NCBI GenBank assembly: GCA_964593465.1
Contig: CAZQJY010000001.1
Location: forward strand, 74,480-138,479
DNA from: an uncultured Candidatus Saccharibacteria bacterium
GTDB lineage: Bacteria; Patescibacteriota; Saccharimonadia; Saccharimonadales; Saccharimonadaceae
DNA length: 64,000 nucleotides
Reading direction: 5' to 3'
Below the pieces are notes generated by a model. It had not been told where the DNA came from and did no database searches. It was given only the letters and a program-made list of their open reading frames with translations. Numbering within the stretch: position 1 is the stretch's first letter; each line of letters begins with the position of its first letter. Made by a program: the position numbers and the translations under genes. Positions 8,551 to 16,310 of the stretch are shown here, in pieces.

Positions 8551-10194
8551 TTACATCATACCCATGCCAGGCATGCCACCGCCAGCCGCTGGCGCTTCTG
8601 CCTCTGGAATGTCGACGACGAGCGCGCCCATAGTCGCAGCTGTACTTGCGATAGATACAGAGTTTTGCACCGCTTCTTTGGTGACGCGTGCTGGGTCGAT
8701 TACGCCAGCTTTTTTGACGTCCACGAGGCCATTTTCTGGCGCGTTGACGTCGATGCCAAAGCCAGGCTTGCCGCTTTCCACCTGCGCAAGTAGCGCTTCA
8801 CTATTGAGTCCTGCATTTGCCATAATCTGGAGGAACGGCTGTTTGAGTGCGTTTTTGAGAATCAATTTACCGGCTGAGTGTGAGTCTGCGCCATCGGCTT
8901 TGATAGCAGTCGACAGATTGACTAGTGTCACACCGCCACCCGCGACGATACCTTCAGCTAGAGCAGCCTTGGTAGCAGCCACAGCGTCGTCTACGCGGAA
9001 TTTCTTTTCGTCAATCTCGGTCTCGCTCGCGCCACCAACTTTAATAACAGCTACCTTGCCGCTCAGCGCTGCTGCGCGTTTTTCGTATTGTTCGCGGTCG
9101 TAGTTGCTTGGTGCGTTTTCGGCCTGTGCCTCGATTTGCGCAATGCGTGCTTTTACGTCGGCCGCTTTGCCCGCACCCTCGATAATGGTGCTCTCGTCTT
9201 TGCCGATAATCATCTTGCGCGCCGAACCAATCACCTCGAGACCTGTGTTTTCAAATGTCGTACCACGCTCTTCGCTTACTACTGTCGCGCCAGTGAGTAC
9301 CGCGATATCTTCGAGTACTTCTTTGCGGCGATCACCAAAGCTTGGTGCTTTGACGACCACACTATTAAATGCACCTTTGAGTTTATTGAGCACGAGAATA
9401 CTTAGCGCTTCGCCCTCGACTTCATCAGCGATAAGCACCAAGTCTTTTTTGCCTACCTGCGCCATTTTTTCGAGAATCGGTGCCACGTCCTGAATGCTGC
9501 TGAGTTTTTTGTCTGTCAACACGATAGACGGCTTCTCAAATACCGCTTCTTGGCGATTGACGTCTGTTACAAACAAGGCCGATGCAAAGCCTTTATCAAG
9601 GTGGAAGCCTTCGACCACTTCGCTCTCGAGCTCGAGTCCTTGGCCAGCTTCTACTGTCACGACACCATCTTTGCCGACTTTTTCGATGATGTTAGCAATC
9701 AACTCACCAATCTCTCGACTCCCCGCTGAAATAGTCGCGACTTCTGCCACACGGTCGCTTTTGCCTTCGATTGATTCAGCTTGCTTCTCAAGTGATTTAA
9801 TCACATCTACAGCTGCCGCTTCGATACCTTTGCGCAGCTCTTGTGGATTGTGGCCAGCTGCGATGAGGCGATTTGCCTCTTTGAGGATGCTATACGTCAG
9901 CACTGTCACGGTTGTTGTACCGTCACCCGCTACCTTGTTAAGCTTGGTTGCTGCCTGCTTGATAAGCTCTGCGCCAACTTTGTAACCTAGTGTTTCGTCG
10001 TCGTTTTCTGGCAGCTCCACGCTCTCCGCTACTGTCACGCCGTCGTGTGTCACCGTCGGGCCACCATAGCCTTTGGCAATCACTACGTTGCCGCCCTTAG
10101 GGCCATAAGTTACCTTTACTGCGTCGTACAGCGCCTTCGCGCCACCAAGTACACGCTCGCGCGCATCTTCGTTATAAAAAATCTTCTTTGCCAT
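8551..10194 (-). CDS. groL: chaperonin GroEL
   Basis: MAKKIFY..VKVTYGPKG, AGDGTTT, VKAPSFGDRRKE, GGMPGMGMM tail; start at ATG 10194. Confidence 0.98.
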   Translation of the reverse strand: MAKKIFYNEDARERVLGGAKALYDAVKVTYGPKGGNVVIAKGYGGPTVTHDGVTVAESVELPENDDETLGYKVGAELIKQAATKLNKVAGDGTTTVTVLTYSILKEANRLIAAGHNPQELRKGIEAAAVDVIKSLEKQAESIEGKSDRVAEVATISAGSREIGELIANIIEKVGKDGVVTVEAGQGLELESEVVEGFHLDKGFASALFVTDVNRQEAVFEKPSIVLTDKKLSSIQDVAPILEKMAQVGKKDLVLIADEVEGEALSILVLNKLKGAFNSVVVKAPSFGDRRKEVLEDIAVLTGATVVSEERGTTFENTGLEVIGSARKMIIGKDESTIIEGAGKAADVKARIAQIEAQAENAPSNYDREQYEKRAAALSGKVAVIKVGGASETEIDEKKFRVDDAVAATKAALAEGIVAGGGVTLVNLSTAIKADGADSHSAGKLILKNALKQPFLQIMANAGLNSEALLAQVESGKPGFGIDVNAPENGLVDVKKAGVIDPARVTKEAVQNSVSIASTAATMGALVVDIPEAEAPAAGGGMPGMGMM

Positions 10195-10290
10195 AATGTT
10201 CGTTTCGCTCCGCTTCACTTGTGAGACAAAACTACGTTTTTTCTCATCGCGCCAAGAAATTTATGCGAAAATTTCGTCGGGCTGCTCTTT
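10195..10290 (-). repeat. dispersed REP-like element, copy 3, in the groES-groEL spacer
   Basis: cgtttcgctccgcttcact plus small hairpins in an unusually long 135-nt spacer. Confidence 0.45.
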
Positions 10291-10329
10291 TTTCCTTGCC
10301 GTGTGTGCGGAGCTGCTCCTTTCTAGTTA

Positions 10330-10593
10330 TTAAACTGTTGCTAAAATATCTTCTTCTTTGACAATCAAATACTCAACATCATTGATCTTAAGCTCTGTCG
10401 TCGAATACTCTTTATAGACAATCTTGTCGCCCTTTTTTACAGCTTTGGCATCTGGCCCTACAGCCACTACCTCTGCTACAACAGGCTTTTCCTTAGAACT
10501 ATCTGGAAGATACAAGCCGCTCGCGGTTTTTTCTTGCGCTTTTTCCCGCACAGCCACAACACGATCTGCCAGTGGTTTGATAGGTGAACTCAT
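10330..10593 (-). CDS. groS: co-chaperonin GroES
   Basis: IKPLADRVV..KTASGLYLPD..EKP..VAVG..YLIVKEEDILA. Confidence 0.97.
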   Translation of the reverse strand: MSSPIKPLADRVVAVREKAQEKTASGLYLPDSSKEKPVVAEVVAVGPDAKAVKKGDKIVYKEYSTTELKINDVEYLIVKEEDILATV

Positions 10594-10645
10594 GTATTTT
10601 CCTCCGTGTTTATTAGCTTTACATGTCTAATTATAGCCAACACAA

Positions 10646-10672
10646 TTGGCACTTGCAAGCATAGAGTGCTAA
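10646..10672 (-). promoter_or_regulatory. CIRCE element (HrcA operator)
   Basis: minus strand TTAGCACTC-N9-AAGTGCCAA (2 mismatches to consensus), directly after a TATAAT at 10673-10678. Confidence 0.85.
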
Positions 10673-10724
10673 ATTATACATTATCTATTGTATATTTATA
10701 GTTATTATGCTATAGTATAAAAAT

Positions 10725-10994
10725 ATGCCTCGTTTAGAACGCTACCATATTGATAGTTTTTCTGCCGAAAAACACCTAGATCACGATAGCTCACTCAATG
10801 AGCCTGTCTTTATGACAACCCCAGGTGGTCAAGGTGCGTTTGAATATCTCTATATCTCTACCTATGACACTTCAGCAGTCAAATCAGCCCGCATTGGTGG
10901 CACTGCACTCCTTGCTGGCGCCAATTTCAATGGACACCTCAGCCTTGTAGACAACAATGGTGAGCTTACCGTGCGTCATCACTCCGTGTCATAG
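10725..10994 (+). CDS. hypothetical protein
   Basis: 89-aa ORF with TGCTATAGT promoter just upstream; overlaps the 3' end of the convergent gene. Confidence 0.55.
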   Translation: MPRLERYHIDSFSAEKHLDHDSSLNEPVFMTTPGGQGAFEYLYISTYDTSAVKSARIGGTALLAGANFNGHLSLVDNNGELTVRHHSVS

Positions 10995-12138
10995 AGACCC
11001 CTGCACGACGCTGCGCAAGCCATGTCTGAAACGGCATATTGTAATACTGCTCAACACGCGAAATGTAGTCGTCACGATCAGTCTGCGGTATATAGTCACG
11101 AATCTTTCCGTCACGAAACCTCTCGGCAAGATGTTTCATATCTCGTCGCAGCTGAGACCCGCGCGTATCATGTCGTCCGTTCATGGCCATAAATGGCGTG
11201 CTGAGCACATATTTACCAAGTCGCTGCTGCCTGTTTGGCGACTCACCAGACCATTCAGTATCGACGTCCTCAATCCCGCCTCTACCATCAGACCGCGACG
11301 CATCATACCAGATAGGCTTCTCTGTATCTGTAATCTTTTTATACATTTCGTCTTGCCCCTGATCATAAAAATCATAGATGTAGGTGCTTGGCGTCGAGAA
11401 AAATACAGGTTCAAAATCTGTATCAGGTAACGCTCTCTGAAGTAACATATCTGCAATTGTGAGTGTAGCCTTTGAAGATTTCACCTCATCGACAATCGCC
11501 ACATGCTTACCGTCCATCACCGTTGGCATGTCCCATAGGGCAATCAGCTCATCTGTTTTACGCGTCCCTGCCTCAACACTCGTAATCAAATCTTCCGCTT
11601 GCGCCATATGCTCGTCGTCCAGGTATAGTGAACGTATGCGCGCCACTTGATTTAACAGAAAGTCTGAATCCATCTTGTCTAGATTTAATTCACTTGGATT
11701 AATATAACGTCCACGAAAATCCTCACGGCTATATCCCATAGCATACAGCCAGTTCTCTTTGTCGATATTAAGAAATGATGCCTGTGGTTTTTGTTCAGAG
11801 GACATATCCCGCCATAGCTCACTCACCAATGCTCGGACAGGTCGCGCCGATTTATCAAGATAAATAGCACCGTCAACTGGACCTTGTGTGCGACGTTCCC
11901 CATAAAGGAAGCAATCACCTTCATCAATAGATCCGTCTAGCGCACCTATCAGGCGATCTGTATCGTTGATCAGATCTTTCTCTACATCTTCAACAGGTTT
12001 CGACACATACTCCATGCGATACAGTTCGTTGCCATGTTTTGGGTCGCGCCCTGCACCCTTAATAACACCACGAGTAGTCTCGTTGATCACTTCGTACTCG
12101 TAGGGAGAAGATGGAGCTATGTTTATTTTTTCTGACAT
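10966..12138 (-). CDS. hypothetical protein with PRTase-like motif
   Basis: 390-aa ORF; KHVAIVDEVKSSKATL resembles the type I PRTase loop; upstream TTGACA..TATGCTAATAT promoter. Confidence 0.7.
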   Translation of the reverse strand: MSEKINIAPSSPYEYEVINETTRGVIKGAGRDPKHGNELYRMEYVSKPVEDVEKDLINDTDRLIGALDGSIDEGDCFLYGERRTQGPVDGAIYLDKSARPVRALVSELWRDMSSEQKPQASFLNIDKENWLYAMGYSREDFRGRYINPSELNLDKMDSDFLLNQVARIRSLYLDDEHMAQAEDLITSVEAGTRKTDELIALWDMPTVMDGKHVAIVDEVKSSKATLTIADMLLQRALPDTDFEPVFFSTPSTYIYDFYDQGQDEMYKKITDTEKPIWYDASRSDGRGGIEDVDTEWSGESPNRQQRLGKYVLSTPFMAMNGRHDTRGSQLRRDMKHLAERFRDGKIRDYIPQTDRDDYISRVEQYYNMPFQTWLAQRRAGVSMTRSDDAR

Positions 12139-12231
12139 GTATGTATGGTTTTTATATTATCTACGTATATAGATAGATATTAGCATAAAACTATACATAT
12201 GTCAATGTCGCAAGCACGTTGTGGCGATTTG

Positions 12232-13518
12232 TTAACCAGCGAGTTCTTTTACCACCGCCGCATCATTCCAAGGAATCCGTTCGCCATTCACAATGCGGAA
12301 TGTCTCGTGCCCCATGCCCGTGACGAGAATTGTATCACCTTTTGTCGCGATAGATAGCGCTTTTTCTATCGCCTCGCGCCTATCAGCTATCTCTGTCATT
12401 TTTGCAGTCGCCTTGGCTTGTTCGACACCCTCTATCACCGCTTTGCGGATGGCATCTGGGTCTTCGTTGTAACTCTCCTCGTCTGTCACGATGATGCGGT
12501 TAGCCAAGCGCCCCGCTATCTCGCCCATGATAGGTCGTTTGAGCTTGTCGCGGTCACCACAAGCGCCAAATACCAAGATGACGCGGTTTTTAGTAATAGC
12601 TTTGGTAGTTTCGAGCAGCTTCTCTAGCGCATCGGGCGTATGCGCATAGTCTACAATCACCTCATACGGCTTATCGCCGATATCCACGCGCTCAAACCGC
12701 CCCGGAATTTCCTCAAGATCGGCCACACCTTCCACAATTTTATCCACACTCACCCCTAGCAAATATGCAATCGTCGCTGCAGCTGTCATATTGCTGATAT
12801 TAAACTTACCTGGTAAGTGCGTCGCCAGCTCCAGCTTGGTCTGATGATCAAACACCACGTCAGCCTCGCTACCTTTTTTGTATAATTTGGTACGTTCGAT
12901 ATGTGCTTCGGCCTCTTTGTGTTCGCCATACGTCATCTTTTGTTCGCCTGCATCAAACTTGTCGTAATAGTCAAACCACTCGTCATCGCGATTGAGTACC
13001 ATATAGCGTGGTTCATCTGCAAACAGCAGCGCCTTGGCAGCGGCATACTCTTCCATCGTCTTGTGATAATCCAAGTGATCCTGCGTCAGGTTGGTCATCA
13101 CGGCCGCCTCTATCGGCACGCCGTCAAGCTTATGCTGATGTAGTGCATGACTGGTGATTTCGAGCATCACATAATCTACCTGAGCCTTTTTGGCATCACG
13201 AAAAAATTCTTGCATACGAGCAGTTGTGCCCACAGTTGCGTTGAGATCATTGAGCTGTATTTCTCCCGCCACTTCTATAAGTGCAGTGCTAAACATCGCC
13301 GTTTTGTAGCCTGCAGCTTTGAGAATCGAATTGATGTAGTTAATCGTCGTCGTCTTGCCATTTGTACCAGTGACAGCAATTACCTTGAGTCCTCGTGCAG
13401 GGTAGCCGTAGCGAGCACTCACCGCTTTGACACGTGTCTTGCGATAGCTCTCTTCCAGCTTACGGACAGATTTCTGTGGCAGCGCTTTACGCACCCCTCG
13501 AACAAGCTTTTCCTTCAT
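12232..13518 (-). CDS. murE: UDP-N-acetylmuramoyl-dipeptide--diamino acid ligase MurE
   Basis: AVTGTNGKTT, EITSHAL, TNLTQDHLDYH..Y..AK, VDYAHTPDALE, VFGACGDRD..KRPIMG. Confidence 0.93.
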   Translation of the reverse strand: MKEKLVRGVRKALPQKSVRKLEESYRKTRVKAVSARYGYPARGLKVIAVTGTNGKTTTINYINSILKAAGYKTAMFSTALIEVAGEIQLNDLNATVGTTARMQEFFRDAKKAQVDYVMLEITSHALHQHKLDGVPIEAAVMTNLTQDHLDYHKTMEEYAAAKALLFADEPRYMVLNRDDEWFDYYDKFDAGEQKMTYGEHKEAEAHIERTKLYKKGSEADVVFDHQTKLELATHLPGKFNISNMTAAATIAYLLGVSVDKIVEGVADLEEIPGRFERVDIGDKPYEVIVDYAHTPDALEKLLETTKAITKNRVILVFGACGDRDKLKRPIMGEIAGRLANRIIVTDEESYNEDPDAIRKAVIEGVEQAKATAKMTEIADRREAIEKALSIATKGDTILVTGMGHETFRIVNGERIPWNDAAVVKELAG

Positions 13519-13591
13519 ACTATTTAGTATACGCCTGGTGGGCGCCGTCCTCAACCGTCATATATAATGACGATTTATAAATTTACAAGGA

Positions 13592-14020
13592 TTAGTTTCT
13601 GCGCCACACCGACACAGGCTCGTCGTCACCGTATGATTCGAGCAGGTCTGAGCCACAAAGCTTGACGCACATCTCTACGTGCAATTCATTCGTGCCTGTT
13701 AGTGTTGTAACACCAGCACAACTACGAGACAATTCCGCCGCTTCTTCTTGACACTTGTCTGCAAAAGCCCCGCACCCCTCAAAAGCATCTTCGACCGCGA
13801 GATTACGACTCAATCGCTGCGGGTCCACTCCTCCATTTCGCTCTAATGCCACAATCCGTTGCGTTCGCGGACTTGCAAACAGGGCTGCTCGTGCAAGCTC
13901 TTCGGCCACAACAAGCTTCTCCTGAATCTGCTTCTTCATCTCTCGTACCTTAGGGCATTCTTGGCAAGCCTCCGGCACAATCAGCTGATCTTCCGCAAAT
14001 ACATCCATAAACTCACTCAT
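13592..14020 (-). CDS. Cys-rich hypothetical protein
   Basis: 142-aa ORF with CxxC (CQEC) and further Cys. Confidence 0.6.
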   Translation of the reverse strand: MSEFMDVFAEDQLIVPEACQECPKVREMKKQIQEKLVVAEELARAALFASPRTQRIVALERNGGVDPQRLSRNLAVEDAFEGCGAFADKCQEEAAELSRSCAGVTTLTGTNELHVEMCVKLCGSDLLESYGDDEPVSVWRRN

Positions 14021-14102
14021 ATGCCAGGTATACTCTTTTTTTGAATTAGTGTCAAATATTATCGCTAAAATTGACCTTCTAGTGGTATAATTTCACTAGT
14101 AT

Positions 14103-15179
14103 ATGTTGATATTGGGAATCGAGAGTAGTTGTGATGAAACCGCTGCCGCAGTCGTTAAAGACGGCAAGCGGCTGCTCAGTAATGTTGTAAATTCACAAAT
14201 TGACATACATGCCGAATATGGCGGCGTTGTGCCAGAGGTAGCAGCGCGGAGTCATCTAGAGGTCGTCAATCCTGTTATTAACAAGGCACTGAGTGATGCA
14301 GGTGTGACGTGGAGTGATATCGATGCGATTGCCGTCACTTACGCGCCAGGTCTCTCCGGCTCTCTACTGATTGGTACAATTGCTGCCAAGACGCTGGCGT
14401 ATTTACACGACAAGCCGCTGTATGCGATTCATCATGTAGAGGCGCATGTGTATGCGAATTTTATCACCGAGACTACGGGCGACTTACGATTACCCAGCAA
14501 GCAGCCTGAATTTCCTATGCTCGCCCTAATAGTCAGTGGCGGACACTCGCAACTAGTTCTCTTCCGCGGCCACGGTAGCTACACGCTGCTTGGGCAAACC
14601 CAAGATGACGCTGTCGGTGAAGCGTTCGACAAAGTCGCCAAGATCGTCGGCCTCTCCTACCCTGGCGGGCCATCTATCGCAAAAGCCGCCGAAACAGGTG
14701 ATGCCATGCGGTTCACGTTGCCAAAAGCCAAGCTCGCGGGCAAATACGACTTTAGCTTCTCCGGCCTCAAGACAGCCGTTCTGCGCACAGTACAGCGAGA
14801 AGTGGGCGTAGACTTCACTTTTCCCTCTCACGAGCTTCCAGCGCGCGTAAACGACGAATTACGGCATGATATTGCGGCGAGCTTCCAGCGAATTGCTATT
14901 GAGACGCTCGTCGATAAAGCCAAGCTCGCCTATGAAGAATACTCTCCCGCTTCCGTTGTCATCGCCGGTGGCGTAGCAGCCAATCAAGAGTTGCGACACC
15001 AGCTCTCTGCCACGCTGCCTCTCGACATCGAATACGCACCAATTCAGCTCTGCACCGACAACGCTGCCATGATTGCCACGCTTGGCTATTACAGAAGTCA
15101 GATCGACCAGCCCATCAGCCCATTCGAGCTAGAAATCCGCCCAAGCCTATCTATGTCAGTAAAGGAGAGTGTTGTATGA
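14103..15179 (+). CDS. tsaD: tRNA N6-adenosine threonylcarbamoyltransferase TsaD
   Basis: ILGIESSCDETAAAVV, HHVEAH, SGGHS, DDAVGEAFDKVA, CTDNAAMI. Confidence 0.97.
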   Translation: MLILGIESSCDETAAAVVKDGKRLLSNVVNSQIDIHAEYGGVVPEVAARSHLEVVNPVINKALSDAGVTWSDIDAIAVTYAPGLSGSLLIGTIAAKTLAYLHDKPLYAIHHVEAHVYANFITETTGDLRLPSKQPEFPMLALIVSGGHSQLVLFRGHGSYTLLGQTQDDAVGEAFDKVAKIVGLSYPGGPSIAKAAETGDAMRFTLPKAKLAGKYDFSFSGLKTAVLRTVQREVGVDFTFPSHELPARVNDELRHDIAASFQRIAIETLVDKAKLAYEEYSPASVVIAGGVAANQELRHQLSATLPLDIEYAPIQLCTDNAAMIATLGYYRSQIDQPISPFELEIRPSLSMSVKESVV

Positions 15180-16117
15180 CACACAACGATTTATCAGTTC
15201 ATTTTTTACAATCGGAGTCGTGGCAAAAATTTCAGGAATCGCTGGGCCGTAAAGTATTTCACCGCACTGGCGATGGCTGGGAGTACCGCGCCATCCTAGA
15301 GCCAGCGCGCTTTGGTTTGAGTCGCCTCTATTGCCCCTATGGCCCGACTGCCTCTAGTCCTCGTTCGCTCAAAACTGCGCTTGATTCACTGGCGGCGCTT
15401 GCTCGCAGTCAAAAAGCAGCATTCTTGCGCGTGCAGCCACTTGGTACAGATTTTAGCGCAGCGCAGCTTAAAAAACTCGGTCTGCACCAAATTGCCTACT
15501 CGCAACCTGCACACACCTGGTGTATAGATACCACTCGCCCTACCGATGAGCTTATTGCCGATATGAAACAAAACAATCGCAACCTCTACCGCACGTATGA
15601 GAAAAAAGGCATAGTGTATCAAAAGAGCCACAAACCCGAAGACGTCTCTCGGCTCACTTCCCTGCTCCATGGTGTAGCGGCACATAATCAGATCTCCATA
15701 CATCCAGATAGCTACTTTGAGGCGCAGGCCGAGGTGTTGCTATCTACCAAGGCCGCATCTCTTCACTTCATGACATACGAGGGTAAAACAATTGCCGCCG
15801 CACTGGTATATGAAGATAACTACGCCTCGTACTATGCACACGCTGCTGCCGCTCACGAACATCGCAAACTTGGTGCCAGTACTGCCCTACTCGCACAAAT
15901 TATCGTCGACACACACGAGCAAGGCAAGCAAGTCTGCGACCTCTACGGCATTACCGATAGCGATGACCCGTCCCATCGCTGGGCAGGATTTACACGGTTC
16001 AAAAAATCGTTTGGCGGCTATGAAAAAGCTCTTTCCAATACATACGAGTACCCTATTGATAGGCTGCGCTATGGCGCCTACAAAATAGCGAAATCCGCCA
16101 AAAAACTTTTGTCATAG
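15176..16117 (+). CDS. FemABX-family (lipid II) peptidyltransferase
   Basis: HFLQSESW, YCPYGP, YDLYGI..WAGFTRFKKSFGG; ATGA overlap with tsaD. Confidence 0.88.
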   Translation: MTHNDLSVHFLQSESWQKFQESLGRKVFHRTGDGWEYRAILEPARFGLSRLYCPYGPTASSPRSLKTALDSLAALARSQKAAFLRVQPLGTDFSAAQLKKLGLHQIAYSQPAHTWCIDTTRPTDELIADMKQNNRNLYRTYEKKGIVYQKSHKPEDVSRLTSLLHGVAAHNQISIHPDSYFEAQAEVLLSTKAASLHFMTYEGKTIAAALVYEDNYASYYAHAAAAHEHRKLGASTALLAQIIVDTHEQGKQVCDLYGITDSDDPSHRWAGFTRFKKSFGGYEKALSNTYEYPIDRLRYGAYKIAKSAKKLLS

Positions 16118-16238
16118 CACCACTAGGGCAACACCTGTGTTTACACTATACCCCGAAGCATGACAACTCTCCCCTATCTATGCTATACTACAAAGTACAA
16201 ACAAACATGTGGCAAAACCTGGGTAGGTAGCCTCGCGT

Positions 16239-16287
16239 ATTTTCACGTGAAAGGTTTAGTTTTGCTCAAGTTTTTTCACGTGAAAAA
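16239..16287. promoter_or_regulatory. tandem parS-like palindromes
   Basis: TTTCACGTGAAA (16241-16252) and TTTTTCACGTGAAAAA (16272-16287); 12/16 and 14/16 to TGTTTCACGTGAAACA. Confidence 0.5.
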
Positions 16288-16310
16288 TTACTTTTTGATC
16301 AGGAACAGAC

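Noticed and set aside
8153-9985. Long plus-strand ORFs (316, 129, 163 aa)
   Set aside because: Antisense shadows of groEL caused by codon bias
16215-16240. GGGTAGGTAGCCTCGCG resembling a T-box upstream of valS
   Set aside because: Lacks the UGGN bulge; the leader (~115 nt) is too short for Stem I; no terminator
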